NCBI RefSeq assembly: GCF_009914755.1
Contig: NC_060931.1
DNA: 64,000 bases
Source: the human T2T-CHM13v2.0 reference genome, Homo sapiens
Reading direction: 5' to 3' (one strand)
Below, piece after piece: positions 1 through 28,510 of the stretch. The notes below the pieces were generated by a model. It had not been told where the DNA came from. It was given only the letters and a program-made list of their open reading frames with translations, and made no database searches. Within the stretch, counting starts at the first letter, position 1, and the number at the start of each line of letters is the position of its first letter. Both the position numbers and the translations under genes were made by a program.

Positions 1-904
1 ACCAAGAAGTTAAATATTCCACAGTTCATTTAATTAATTATCCAGTATTTATTCTGTACCAACTATAGCAATGGTTTTAGGCTACGTGCTCTAATAAATA
101 AGTATTATAAGGCTCCCCATGCTCCAAATTTGTTTTTAATCTTCACCAGTCTTTTTTTAGTATTAGGCAACTAGGATTCTCCCAGGATGCAGTAATAAAG
201 AACAAAGATGGAAAGTAAGAGAAAGAGGTAGAATGACATGAAAATCTGATCCAGAAGGTGCAATGTCTGTTTTATATGAGTACCAGAATGGGAGAAAATG
301 GGAGGGATTATAATCACCAAAATTCTAAAGGAAAAGTTATGTAAATATCTAATAATAAAAGCTAACATTTAATTAAGCATAATCCTCATTCAACAGATGA
401 GGAACCTAAAACCGAAAGAGTCATTATCACTGTTCCACTTATTTCTATATCCTTACAAAAATACCCACTCTTGATCTGTAACAATGTCTCCTTAAACTCC
501 CTGAATGGCAGCTTCAGGTAAAAACTTCCCAGAAACTTTGAAATAACAAGGATAAAAGGAAAATTCTTGGAGCCACATAAAAAAGAAAACAGATCATTAC
601 AAAAAAAGAAGAATCGGGCATCAGTTCTCATTATCAATACTGAATTAAAAAGAAACCCAAAAAAAATCATTATTTTTCTAGGCCTATAAAAAATTATTTA
701 AAACCAAAATTTTAATGTCTGTTAAGCTAACATTCAAGTCCATGGATAACAAATGTAAATAGGTTAAATTCTCTAGTAAAAGATAGCAACTTTCAAAACA
801 TGCAAAATATACTACATAACACATATACATATTTTACATATTACTACAGACTTCATTTATGTATGTGTGTGTGTGTACACATATATAATATGAAATAAAT
901 GAAA

Positions 905-2290
<1,386 letters not shown>

Positions 2291-2758
2291 AATAAGAATC
2301 AACATATAATCCATGAGATTCACAATCTAGGGAAGTAAACCCACCCTAATACTGTGTTTATTAAAATGCTGTTAATGAGATCCGAGGTTTAAACAACTGT
2401 TCACTTTAGAAAATGAAATAAAGCTGACTGAAATAAAACCTAATCTATGAAATTATTCTGTATATGAATTGACCTGAAGTAATGAACAGTTCATTGACTG
2501 ACTCATAACTCTTGTTCTGGTCCAGGCTAATCATTCTAGTTGGCATACTATTAAACACACATTTCTGATTGAAACATCTGCTAAAAAAAATAACATCAAA
2601 CGACATTACAAAATCAAAATGGAGACTGCTAAGAGTGGGATTTTTCTCCTGCCAGTACCTTTCCTTTCTGCCACATTCTCCTCCCTGCTGCCACAGTAAT
2701 CTTTCTGAAGGAATACAAATATATTCTGAATCACACGCAAACCCCTCAATACAGAATG

Positions 2759-3680
<922 letters not shown>

Positions 3681-4329
3681 GCAGCATTTCAAGGCCCTCC
3701 ATGCTTTGGTCTCTGCCAAATCACTATTACATTTTTAAGATTTTTTTTTAAACATTATACTTACATTACACAATGTCTTAACACTATGAAGTAAAAATGT
3801 AAATATTTTAAACTCTGGCTTGGAAATGAGGAGGCAGAATCTCAGATATTTTCCTAAAAAAATAGGAGAGGCAAGCTTTCTGAGTCCACAAAAGTGCCCT
3901 CTACCTATTGGGTCAAAGAAAAAGTAATCTCTCTATTTGTAACAACATACATAAATTATAAACCCTGAAGAAATAGGTCCCTAATAGCTATAATCTTTAA
4001 CATAACCATAAATAAAAACATGAATAAATCTGACTACATAGAAATGTAAAAACTTCTATGTGGTGAGAACACACATTACAGAAAAAAAATCAAGTGACAA
4101 AAAATAACCTCCAATTTGAATTACAAATATCTAGTATCCTGGATATATACAAATAAAGCATGTAAGTTATAAAAATGAGTATAATTTTAAAATAGACAAG
4201 GATAGTTTATAGAATTTCATAATTTAAGGAAGACATAAGTTAGCCAATAAACTATGGGTAATATGCAAGAATCAGTAAGCATTATTATTTGCCAGCAGCT
4301 AAGCCAAGTACTTTATAAGAATTACTTTA

Positions 4330-4653
<324 letters not shown>

Positions 4654-4874
4654 TTATTCCCATCTAACCACCACCATTTCAGGTAGATATTACTATTTTT
4701 CATTTTACAAATGAAGCAGAGAGGTTAAATATCCTTGTTCAAGCCCAATGAGTCAGGAAATGAAAGGAACTGAACTCAAGGAGTTCATAATTAGTTATAT
4801 ACAAGTAATAAAGACAAATTCATCGACTATGGAAATGTACTAAGTACTTTGTCTTGTTTACGTAATGGTTTTTA

Positions 4875-5299
<425 letters not shown>

Positions 5300-5474
5300 T
5301 CATAATGACCTCAAATTGAAAGTCCTCAAAATGCCCAACGGTAAAATAAATAAATTATAGTACTCTTAACAACAGAATACTATACATCAATGAGAAAAAT
5401 AAACGACTGGAAGGAACAATTTGGATTTATCTCACAAATATATACATGAAAGATGACAGAAAACAGTACTTAGT

Positions 5475-5516
5475 AGCCAATTATACAAAGTACAAAGCCA
5501 ATTACACAAAGTACAA
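5475..5516. repeat. 21-bp tandem duplication
   Basis: agccaattatacaaagtacaa / agccaattacacaaagtacaa (1 mismatch). Confidence 0.9.
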
Positions 5517-7129
5517 ACATAGGCAAGACTCACCTATGTTGTTACTAGATGATAGTGCATGTCTTTGGGGAGTTAGGAATAGTAACCAACAGGAGGCTGA
5601 ATGGAATTTCTGGGGCGCTATTATTTGTTTCCTGATGTGATTTTAGTATATACGTTCTAATATTTGGGGTATTCCTAGAAATGTGTACCTATTATTCACT
5701 TGCTATATATATAGCAAAGTGAATTTTATATATAATTCTTCAACATATTTTTAGAAAAATTAAGTTTTTTCTAGAAAATTAAGAGAATTTTAGATAAAAA
5801 CTCAACTTTTAATGGAAAATATTTTCCTTTTTCTTTCTCACATGAAATTCTATATCAAGGTTAGTATCCTACCTGGTATCTCTCCAATAGTGGGTTAAGA
5901 GTTTGTTTTCTTCTCAAGTAACCTGTATTATATTAAGATGATATTAACTGAAATAATCAGATAGATGAATGCGCCATAAAGCTAATTCTAAGATATCTGT
6001 CCTTAGCCAAAAGCAGAAAAGGGATACACATAACTTCCACATAAAACATCCACCCCCATTTTTTTGGTTATTCTTAAAAGCTCATAATGTATACAATGAT
6101 AAAATTTATTGTTTCAAATTAGGGTTTTTGAAATTGAAATATTAATTTAAACACGTTTGCTTAACACAACTTTAAAGTTAATAAGAAAACACTGCCTATT
6201 ACAGAAGAGTTAAATACTTCAAAAAGTGGGAAAAAATTTAAAAGCTTTCATTTTAGTAGGAGTAAACACAGACACAGTAAGAATCAAGTTAGTTGGATAC
6301 ACTTAAATCATGTCTTTTAAGAACATGAGAACAGATTATTTGCTTTCTCTTTAGTCCAAAACCTGGGTGTAATTTTAGTCCAAATTTGAAACTAACAGAA
6401 GAATACTCAGCTTCTTAAAAGTTTTATTTCAAGAACAGTAAAAGAACTTCTGGTCTTACAAACATTACACAGATAAAACGAGTTTCTCCAAACAGATGTA
6501 TGTAAAAATCTAGTACATATACCCCCAAGGTGAGTCAATAAGGTGAACCAGATTCTGGTTGAATGGAATCCTTGAAACATAACTTTGGTGAACAAACTGT
6601 TTGTGTTTTCCACTTTTCTTAAAAAAGAAGTGATAAAGCAGATTTCCAGTACCTGCCAACTGATAAAATGCTACTTACCAGGTAAAAACCACTACCAAAA
6701 ATCAGAATCACAGAAGGGCTATCAGTAAAATTACTAATGCCACAAATTAACATGATGTTAACTGCTGAATTATGCATCAAAAGAGTATTTATATAATCAC
6801 AGCAAATAACTCAAATCTTTTACATCACTAGTAAACTCAAAAAAAGATAGAAAAAAGCAATAACATTAAATTTCCTTATTGATCTACTAGCTTTAACTAT
6901 TTAATACTAGTACACTTAGTTTTGATTACTTTGAAATTGAAACAAAAACAATAATCTTTTCTTCTTTTAATGACTTTTTCAGTTATAGGAAAGATGATAT
7001 TAAAAGAAAATATACAACTATAGCTTAGCTACAGGTATAAAACTGTTTTAAAGATATGTAATTGTGCTATTGAATTAAACTGAAAACATAAATATCAACT
7101 CATGATTTTGAAAAAAAATCTTTATGTTT

Positions 7130-8370
7130 GGTTTTGGTAAAAGGAGAGACAAATAAGTCAGAAAAACAGAAAATACAGAAATAGACTCACTTTTCCATAT
7201 TCAATTAATTTTTGACCAAGGGGCCAAGATAATCCAAGAGAGCAATAAATAGTCTTTTAGAATGATGCTGGAACTGCTAAATAATCCGTATGGAAAACAA
7301 AGAAACATGAATCTTATCTCAAATTCTTTTATCATATGTGTAATTTAACCATAAATGGATTTTTTAAACCTACAACTAACACTGGGGCAAGCAAAGATTT
7401 TTTAATAAAGCATAAACAGCATAATTTTTTCAACTTCCAAAAAATTAACAAATGACCAATGTCATCAAAATTAAACCCTCTGCTGTTCAATAAACATTGC
7501 TAAATAAATGAAAACAAGTCACACATTAGGCAAAAATATTTATAAAATGCATCTCCAAAACTGACTTCTGTGAATAATATATAAAAAAACTCTTACAACT
7601 CAAGAAGATGACAAGTAAATCAATTGGAAAAAAATGGTAGAGACAAAATAACAGACATGTCACCAAAGATACACAAATGGCAAAAAAAGACATAAAAAGA
7701 GGCTCAATCTAATTAATCATCAGGGAATGCAAAATCAAACCCACAATAAATTATCACTAAATGCCAACCAGATGGCTAAAATTTAGAAACAGTGGCAATA
7801 TCCAGTGCTGGCAACAATGTACAGCAAATGGAACTCTCAGATCTCTAGAAACGGAGAAGTATACAGACACTTAAGAAACTGTGAAACTGTTTTCCAAAGT
7901 TAAGAATATATTTCCAACAAGTCAGAAATTCCAGTCCTAGGTATTTACCCAAGAAACATGAAAAGATACATCCACAACGAAGCATGTTACATAAATGCTC
8001 ACAGCAGCTTTATATACTGGCCAAAAATTGAACGAAACTTAACTGTAAGCTAGTGAATGGACCAATCTCAAAACCATTATGCTAAGTAAAAAAAGGCAGA
8101 CAGAAAAGATTCTATACTGTATGGTTCCATTCATATATTAGTCTAGAAAAGGCAAAACTATAGGAAAGCAACAGATCGGTGATTGGCAGGAGCTGGAGTG
8201 GGAGGTAGGCAGTAACTTCAAAAGGTCATGAGTGAATTTATGGGTAAAGGGTCTATTCTGTATCTTGACTATGATGGTAATTACATGACTGTTCATATTT
8301 ACCAAATCACATTCAATACACACCTTAGAAAGGGTGAATTATAGCGTATGCAAAATATACCTTAACAAAA
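7130..8370 (+). mobile_element. L1M (MC/ME-type) ORF2 3' end and 3'UTR relic
   Basis: ctaggtatttacccaagaaacatgaaa; aatctcaaaaccattatgctaagt; tatactgtatggttccattcatat. Confidence 0.8.
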
Positions 8371-8439
8371 CAATGGCTCTCACACATAAATTTATTTATT
8401 TATTGGGTAACAGCATAGGGACTAATATCAGAGTAACTT

Positions 8440-13630
<5,191 letters not shown>

Positions 13631-13899
13631 TCATTAGGGCTTGTGCTTTCATTCTTATAGTATCTTTTAATAAACAGAAGTTATTTCTCAAATGTAGTTG
13701 AATGCTCCAATATTTTCCTTTACATTCAGTGCTGTATCTCAAGAACTCTTTTACAAAAATATTATCCTATATTATCTTTTTAAATATAAATAAAAATAAT
13801 TATCTTTTTAAAAGCTTATGAGTTCAGGTAGAAATATGAAGGGCTAAAAGGAATTGGAAGACATTTTCCTACTATTTGTTCTTTCTCTTGATTTTCATG

Positions 13900-15570
13900 A
13901 TTCATTATTCTTGTAGAAGTGACCTTACCACAGTATAAGGTTCACTTATAATCACTGTTCTGCCTTGTAATTTTAGGTGAATTTGTTACAAAATATTATG
14001 AAATCTACAGGAAAAGCCAACTTTCAAAGCTATTAAGTATTTGACTTAATAGTTGAGGGCATTATTATTCAGAAAAATTTCAATCTCATTCCGCAGCGCA
14101 AAAAACTGCAATAAAACTTTACCACTGCCAAGTCACTAAATTGCTATGTAGAATGGCAATTCAGTATATTCTGCCTCTATATCTAACAAAAATTCATAGG
14201 ATTTGATGATGAAGTCCACAAATGCAAGTCAAAATCACTGCTGACACTATTATATAATAGTTCACTAAAACATGACAGATTTAAATATTTTCTGCAAAGT
14301 ACCTGCTAATAAATAATACAGTAAATAATCAGGCTTTAAACACCTGACATTTAACAAGCTTTGTAAATTTGTCCAACTCAAGTCTTTCTGCTCCACAGTT
14401 ATTTTTGCCACTATCAACTGTAACGCATCTTAGCGGATTCCACTTCAGGTTGTACTAAGTTAGTGTTTGCTCAACTTTTCTGAAAATATTTTCTCTTGTA
14501 GTTGTTTCACATAGACTATGCATAAACACTAATTCTTCCATCACTTCAAACTCAGCACTAACTTCTGGAGTATGTAACAACTGAACAGTACTGGTAACAC
14601 CTATTCATCCATCAAAAGCCTAAGAAAACCATGAAAAATCATTCACCCTTCTTTCCAAAATGACTTGATATTACTCCCAACGTCCTTAACTTTTAGAGCA
14701 ATTACTCTCGCTGAAAGGCTAATAGTCTTTTTTAAAGTTTATTTTCTATGGACACATCTTTGTTTACCTTAATAAAACATAATTTAATTAACTACTGTTG
14801 GTAATGGTTTTCCTTGCTTGGCTAACAAATAAGCCATTGAAAAACTTACTTTAATTATAGCCTAATTTCCATTTTTTGTTTTTGAGAAGAAATTCTGCTG
14901 TGATAAAATTTTGTTTTAATTTACTATTTTTTTTTCTGACCTTTTAGTTTTATTCCTGTTGGCTGGGAATATTGTGAGAAGTGCCAAGTCTGGTAATGCT
15001 GACATATATTATATTCTTTTAGCACAGCCATAGTCTTCTAGCATAATAAATATAATGCTTTGCTATCTAATTTGTTAATAATAATATACATTCCACTATA
15101 CCTCTAAAGTGTTACATATAAAGTCCACTTTTCTCCTTTTCTTGTTTTAACATGATAGGTGGGTATGCACTGGTAATGAGAGAAATAAATAAGATGCCAG
15201 GGCAATATGTGTGGCGCGCACACACACACACACATACTGACAAACTGTAACTATGTCATTGTGATTCGTAGCATGCAGAGCAGCAATTTGAAATATATGT
15301 GCTCTCTGCAGCAACCAACTCTGACACTGTAGTGCAACAGAAGTCATATATAATGCCCAAATAAATGGGTGTGGTTTTGTTCCCATAAAACATTAGTTTT
15401 AAACACTCATACCTGAATGTCGTTATGATTTCCTGTGTCATAAAATATTATTCCCTTTTAAATTTTTTTCAGACATTTTAAAAGGTAAAAAACATTTTTA
15501 GCTCATGTCCCACATAAACACAGCTGGAGGACCGAATGTGACCCCACAGGCTGTCATTTGCTGACACCTC
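13900..15570 (-). mobile_element. Cheshire/MER58-family hAT element carrying a decayed transposase
   Basis: MER58B-like terminus at 15300-15570, then broken reading frames MLKQEK.., MAVLKEYNICQHYQTWH, MAYLLAKQGKP, EFEVMEELVFMHSLCETTTRENIF, YCIIY*QVLC, LGSGKVLLQFFALRNEIEIFLN. Confidence 0.82.
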
Positions 15571-16756
15571 CATCCACCCCTCTGTAGCCTTCAGGGTCCT
15601 AAATAAACTTCTATAGCATTTAATGACCCCTAAATTCCCTTTTTGTCTTCCCAGCTCTGCAGACTGCCAGAAGCTTCTCAGCTTTTCAACCTCTCAGCTG
15701 GATTTTTTTGAACTGAGTAATTAACTCAAGGGGAAAAGAAAATTTAAGGTCAGGCCAAACTCTGCACAACCTTACCCTCTGAATTCTCACTCCCTCAGGT
15801 CCTCACCACTCTTCTAGTTTTCTGATCCCTTAAATATTTATTTGAAACAACATTTTATACAGCTTTTCTAATTGTTCTCAGTGGAAAGGCTAGTCTAAAC
15901 CAAGTATCTCTGCCATAGGAAGAGGTGGAAATAACACTTATACTACCGAATAGAAAGACTTAGTATAAAGCTACAGTAACAATGACATCATGATATATCA
16001 CTGGGATTCTCAAATACACAAAGAATAAAACAGAGAACCTACCAACAATCTAAAATACATTGAACGTTTGCTATATAATAGGTTATATTTCAAATGTGGA
16101 GGAAAAAGATGTTTCAATAAATGGTGTAGTAACAATTGGCTGTCCATGTGTGAAAAAATGATACTGGACCCCTTATATCACATGATACACAAATCAATTT
16201 CAAATAGATAAAACACACAATAGTGCACAACTAGAGAAATAAGTTTTTGAAGTATATTTTCAAAACAAGTTAGAAACTGTTAAAAGGTTTTTAATTTTTG
16301 AAATAAAAACATTACCATGGTTCAAAAGTTCCTAAAGGGTATGCAGTATAAAATCACTTTGTATACAACTATATAAAATAAGTTTCCTACAGGCAAAGAA
16401 TTTTACCAGTTTCCTATGCATCCTTCACAAGATATTTTATGCAGATGTAAGTTCATATTATTCTCCACCCCTCCCCTAAACTTTACATTCAAGGGGTCCT
16501 TTACAATACCAAAGAATACCACCCACCTCATCACAAAGGTAAGTTCATTTCTTTAAACTTATTTAATACTAAAAAGAAAGATTAAAATTAAATTGAGACA
16601 TCTTCATTGAATGGGCCTACCAAAATTTAACTGTTTTTAAATAGGCATACAAAACTCTTAATTTTCTAAAACAAATTTTTCAGCTTCCTCTTAGCTCCAG
16701 AGTCAAGGTGTCAAGGTGACGGGAAATAAACATATTCATTCATTCCCTCATTCATT

Positions 16757-17057
16757 CATTTTTGAGACAAAGTCTGGCTCTGTTGCCCAGGCTGGAGTGC
16801 AGTGGTGCAATCTCAGCTGACTGCAACCTCTGCATCCTGGGCTCAAGCCATCCCTCCCACCTCAACCTCTTGAGTAGCTGAGACTACAGGTGTGCACCAC
16901 CACACCTGCCTTTTTTTTTTTTTTTTTGGTACTTTTAGTGAAAAGACAGGGTCTTGTCACATTGCCCAGGCTGGTCTCGAACTTGTAGCTCAAGTTATGT
17001 GCCTGCCTCAGCCTCCCAAAGTGCTGGGATTACAGGTGTGAGCCACTATGCCCAGCC
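16757..17057 (-). mobile_element. Alu (J-like)
   Basis: Antisense dimer; tail decayed to (CATT)n. Confidence 0.93.
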
Positions 17058-17369
17058 ACATCAATTTTTAAGTAGATATATGCCTAACGGCATTCCAAGG
17101 TCAAATAAATATCTAGGATTATCTTGCTGTACCGACACCTTGCACTTAACATTGTGATGAAATAATCCATTGTTAATTTTTTGATGCCTTCCTTCTATCC
17201 CTGCATTTCAGAGTGAAAAGATAAAACAATTTCTTACTGTGTACATGATGATTGAGTACTGACAGGTAACATGACCTGGGGAAGAAGTCACTTGACATTA
17301 GCTAACAATGTCAGAGACAGATTAAGAAGTGAAGACTCCCGATTGCTTCCCATTAAAAATAATAATTAT

Positions 17370-17567
17370 GACCAGGTATGGTGACATGTACCTGTAGTCC
17401 CAGCTATGTGGGAGGCTGAGCTGGAAACATTGCTAGAGTTCATAGTTGCAGTATACTATCATTACATGTGTGAATAGCCACTGCACTCCAGCATGAGCAA
17501 CACAGCAAGATCCCTCTCTGCCGGACCCGCCACTCCCAAAATAGAAGACTCTATCTCTTAAAAAATA
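17370..17567 (+). mobile_element. FAM (fossil Alu monomer)
   Basis: Monomer retaining the 7SL-type segment gtgaatagccactgcactccagc. Confidence 0.75.
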
Positions 17568-18469
17568 AATATTATTAGGTTTTATTTAGAAACTTTTATT
17601 TAGAAAATCTTATAATACAAAAACACACTTGAGAGGCATTTGAGATTATTGACCATACCTCCTTAAATCTATTAATCCAAACTACTATAATTTCTACTAT
17701 ACTTCCTGTAACTTATTCTGTGTTAACATCCACCTTTTCACTGGTTCTTCCTCAGAGCATTGACCAAAGGATCAATCTTCCATCTTCTTTTCTCTTCTTG
17801 TTCTCCAAAGTCAGTTTGATTTGCCACCACTGCTAGTTAGGAAAACTGTCTATGATTCCTACCCTGACATTTAGTGTCAAAGCCATTTCACACGGTTTCA
17901 GGCTCAGCACAACCAAACAAAACTTGTGATCTTCCAACATACTTAGACTTGAAAAAAAAGACATCTGCAGTTCCTCCATCTAATTTATAAAGAATCAAAT
18001 ACTATGCATTCTATTACAATATTTCATCTTTATGTTTTACACATAATACCTAAACTCAAGATTTTACACTCATTGGCCTTTAATTTATAGCAGTAATCCT
18101 AAATATGTTTGTCTTCAAGTAAACCTTTTCCAATTCAATTACAAAGGGCTGGGGGAATTTAGATCATTTAATACTGCTCTTCTTATTTAAAAGGTACATT
18201 ACTGAAATTCCTCATCTTGGTATGCAAAGCCAAGGAAATTTTCCATTCCTGTCCCCTAGTATTCTCTACCCTACTTATTCTCCAGTCATTCTTACGTATG
18301 TGCCATTTTTCCAAAATCCATATACCCTCATAGTTTCAAACCCTGTAAAGGGTGACCCTCTGTCTAGAATCCCTATGTTAATCTACTGAAACTTACCCAT
18401 CCTCCAAGCACCACCTTAAATCTTTCCTTCTTTAAAAATATTTTCAGATTCCCTCAGTTAAAACATATT

Positions 18470-19640
<1,171 letters not shown>

Positions 19641-19649
19641 CTTAGTTAC

Positions 19650-22865
<3,216 letters not shown>

Positions 22866-23087
22866 TTAAACACAACATTTTTCTACTACTTGCAGTCAAA
22901 AGTATCATTAACAGTCTCTTTACTCTGCTCAAAGTTACAAAGTTCTTTTGTATAAACATTAGAACACTTATCACAGCCTGTCTATAATGGAGAATAATTC
23001 AATGTTATATACTATACAACACTCTTACTATAGTCCATTAGACAGAAATATGTAGCATTTGAGACACCTTCCAATTATAAAACTCTA

Positions 23088-23616
23088 TGCAAACAAAAAT
23101 TAACAAAGCAGATCTGAGACTATTACATTATCCTGTGAAGGAGGGTCTGTCTGTTTGCACAGTTGGTCCTAGGCTGGCTTCTGAGAACTTGAATTTCAAG
23201 AGGGTTCCCTAACTGGTAATCATGGTTTACTATATCTAGACTATGGAAATAATGTGGCTTATCCTGCTATTCTTTTTATGAGTCTGGAAATTTCACACAT
23301 GCTAGGCAGAGAGTACACCTACATGACCAGCCTAGATAAAAACTGTGTTTCTTGGGCAGTCACATATGTTGTTGTATTTTCGTTAAGGGGGAAAGAAGGT
23401 AGTCTGTGTGATCCTCATGGAAGGCACAGCACATAAGGAAGCTGGTACATGGATTTTTCCAGACTCTGTCAGTGTCTTTTGCCATTGAGGTCTTTCTACT
23501 ATATATCCATACTATGTTACAGTAATAAATCTTAGCCATTACAACCCTAAGCTGATCCCATGAGTCCTTCTAGCAAATCTCCAAACATGGAGGCAGTCTT
23601 GTGGACCCCTGACACA
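23088..23616 (+). mobile_element. ERVL-group solo LTR (MER77/MER68-like)
   Basis: gctaggcagagagtacacctacatgaccagcc; cagtaataaatcttagcc; ends gtggacccctgacaca. Confidence 0.75.
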
Positions 23617-23671
23617 AATATATGGTTGTGATCTCTTAAGGTTTATCCTTCCTCTTAAACTATAAAGAGCT

Positions 23672-24580
<909 letters not shown>

Positions 24581-25130
24581 AAACAGAAGTAGAAGCAAAC
24601 AACTATAGGGGAAAATGAGGGATACATACTTTAAGAATTTCTAAAAATTTACATGGAAAAACACTAGGATTCTATAGAAAATAAAACAGTATTAAATAAC
24701 ATTATTTATAAAATAGATACTAGCAAATTACCTTACGTAAAGATTCAAGTCAGTAACTTAAAGGATCTTACATAAAAGTACTTTCCATTGGTTGGAGGAG
24801 AGACTTTTACTATACACTGTTTTTCAACTTTTTTAGACAAATTACATTTAGAAGTTTAAATTTGCCTATCTACATTCTTAATGTGAATTGCCACCTTACT
24901 ATAGGAAGGCTATTTTTGTTTCTGCAGTCTACAAAAAGAACAAAAATATTAAAAACGTACAACTCTTCTCACAGAACTAAGTTGGTTTTACACAAAGACA
25001 TCTGGCACAAAATACAATGAAATTTCAATATAGAATTACAGCAGGGGATGAGGGTGGAGAAGGAAGAGATTACCAATTCTATGAGGGGAGACAACAGAAG
25101 TATTTTTTTAATGTCTTATTTTAAGAGTAA

Positions 25131-25837
<707 letters not shown>

Positions 25838-26188
25838 AAGAAAGGAACTTTAGATAAATAAAATGATTAAACATTTGTAGCATGTAGAATGAAAATATTC
25901 CCTCAGTAATACTCAAATTATCCAGATTTCCAAGATGTTGGTAGCACCCTGAGAGCTTCAAAAGGGAAATTAAAAGAAAAACGACGTTACCCTTCCTGAA
26001 ACACAGATTCACTGTTTGCCATGTTCTTTTCTCTAGTAAAAAATGAATAAAGTTTCCCCTGGAAAAACTAAAAACAATCTGAGGTATGTTTCAGAGAAAA
26101 CAAAATTGCTTGACAAAAATGCCATGTTAACAACCGAGGAAATTACTTTAAATATATTAATTTTAACACAGGAATAATATGTCAAACC

Positions 26189-26315
26189 AGGATTTCTCAA
26201 CCTCAGCACTATCGGCATTTTAAGCTGTATAGTTTTGGTGTGGGAGGCTGTCCTGCATATTGCAGAATGTTTAGCGGCAGTCCTGGCCTCTACCCAAGAG
26301 GCCAGCCAGTAGGAC
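26189..26315 (+). mobile_element. MER20 fragment (hAT-Charlie)
   Basis: caggatttctcaacctcagcactat...ctgtcctgcatattgcagaatgtttagc...ctggcctctaccc. Confidence 0.85.
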
Positions 26316-26520
26316 CTACCTCCTCATTCAAGCTAATGCACTAAATTTTGCCCTTCATTGACAAATCCCATTAATGCATGTATTTATCCCATTAGTGACT
26401 CTCTTGTGTTCCAGATACTTTGTTAGGCACCAGAGAAAATATGATAAAGCAAAACAGCTATTTTCCTCACTCTCATGGTGCTTACAGCCATGGTGGGAAA
26501 AATCCATAGAAAAAGACTCA

Positions 26521-26898
<378 letters not shown>

Positions 26899-27522
26899 GA
26901 GAGAGAAGACATACATATTCCACTGAGAATGTATAATAAAGCTGCATACTCAAACATTTCTTATTAAAAGATGTGCACAATCAAAAAATTTACAAAATAC
27001 TGCAACCCCTCACCTGAGCTTTATAGTATCTCATTCCCTTCCATTTTCTTAGATTAAAAAGCCTAATTCTAACTTTGGTTTATTTTAATACCTAGTTTCT
27101 ATGGCTCTCATAGGTTTAAAAAAACAGGTTCTCCCCAAAAGTAAAATGATCTAATTAGAAGTAGTACATGATTTCTGCAACCATTTTTAAATCTCAACCG
27201 AAATTATCAAAATTTAAGCAAATAAAATTTCACCCTCTCTAATAAAAATATTGAATGTTTAATAAATGGGCTTAAACCAGAGCTCTTTAGAATATTTTAA
27301 ACATATCAGAAAATTCCATGTTCAAGTTTCTTTTAAGGTGACAAACATGAGAGTTTTTTGTTTTGTTTTTACAACCTTCATTATTTCTGACAATAAAATA
27401 TCAATATAAATAGTTCAAAACATCTGTTTTCAAAATGTTCAACGCCCCAGGACATGTTTCTTTGAAAAGTCACTGCATTCTCAATGTTGAAATGTCATCT
27501 TTATCTTGAAGGGGCAGGTTAA

Positions 27523-27734
<212 letters not shown>

Positions 27735-27999
27735 AAGGTCAGCAAAATCGACCTTTTGGCAAAATAAAAACGTCTTCTAAGTTCAATAGCTATATCGCCC
27801 CTAGGGAAACTTTTGTGATAGCAGAAATTTTCCTTGGCTCCTCCTTCCCAATCATTTCTGTAGAACTGTAAAGATTTGCTCTATTTAGAGATTAAGTATA
27901 TAAACTTTCATGTAATTAGCCATATTGATAACCTCCAGTAACACTTTTGGGTACTTAGAACTTATTTGCTGCCTATGAATGATTCCATGAATGATCTTC

Positions 28000-28510
28000 A
28001 GTGCTATTAATTAGTCTACAAATATTCACTGAGGAATAACCAAAACAGAAAAAAACCCCATCCGAATGGCACTAGTATACTAGTGAGAGGGAGATGAACA
28101 ATAAGTAAGATTATTACGTGAATATACACTCTGTCAGAGGTGATAAGTACGAAAAAGAAAACAAAAAAGCAGATATTATGGGAAGGCATTTGAAATCTTT
28201 GACAGCAAGCCTAGCAAAGGCCTCACTGTAAAGTCACGCTTGAATAAATACATAAAGGATATGAGGGGGCAACACATGCATTATGAAAGGCCCTGAGGTG
28301 GATCTGCGTCTGCGTACTTGAGTAAGACCAATGAGGTCAGCATGGCTGAAGGAAGTAAATGAACAAACGGTTATAGTGAAAGATGTCTGAGAAGTATACG
28401 TGAGGTGTGGTGAAGATCATGTAGAGCCTTACAGGTTAGCAAGGAATCTTTTTTTTTTTTTTCTCAGAATAAAATGGGAAGTCACTGAAGAGTGTTAAGT
28501 AGAGCAGTGA
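28000..28510. mobile_element. L2 relic
   Basis: gaaaggccctgaggtgg; aagatcatgtagagccttacagg; gggaagtcactgaagagtgttaagtagagcagtgacatga. Confidence 0.65.
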
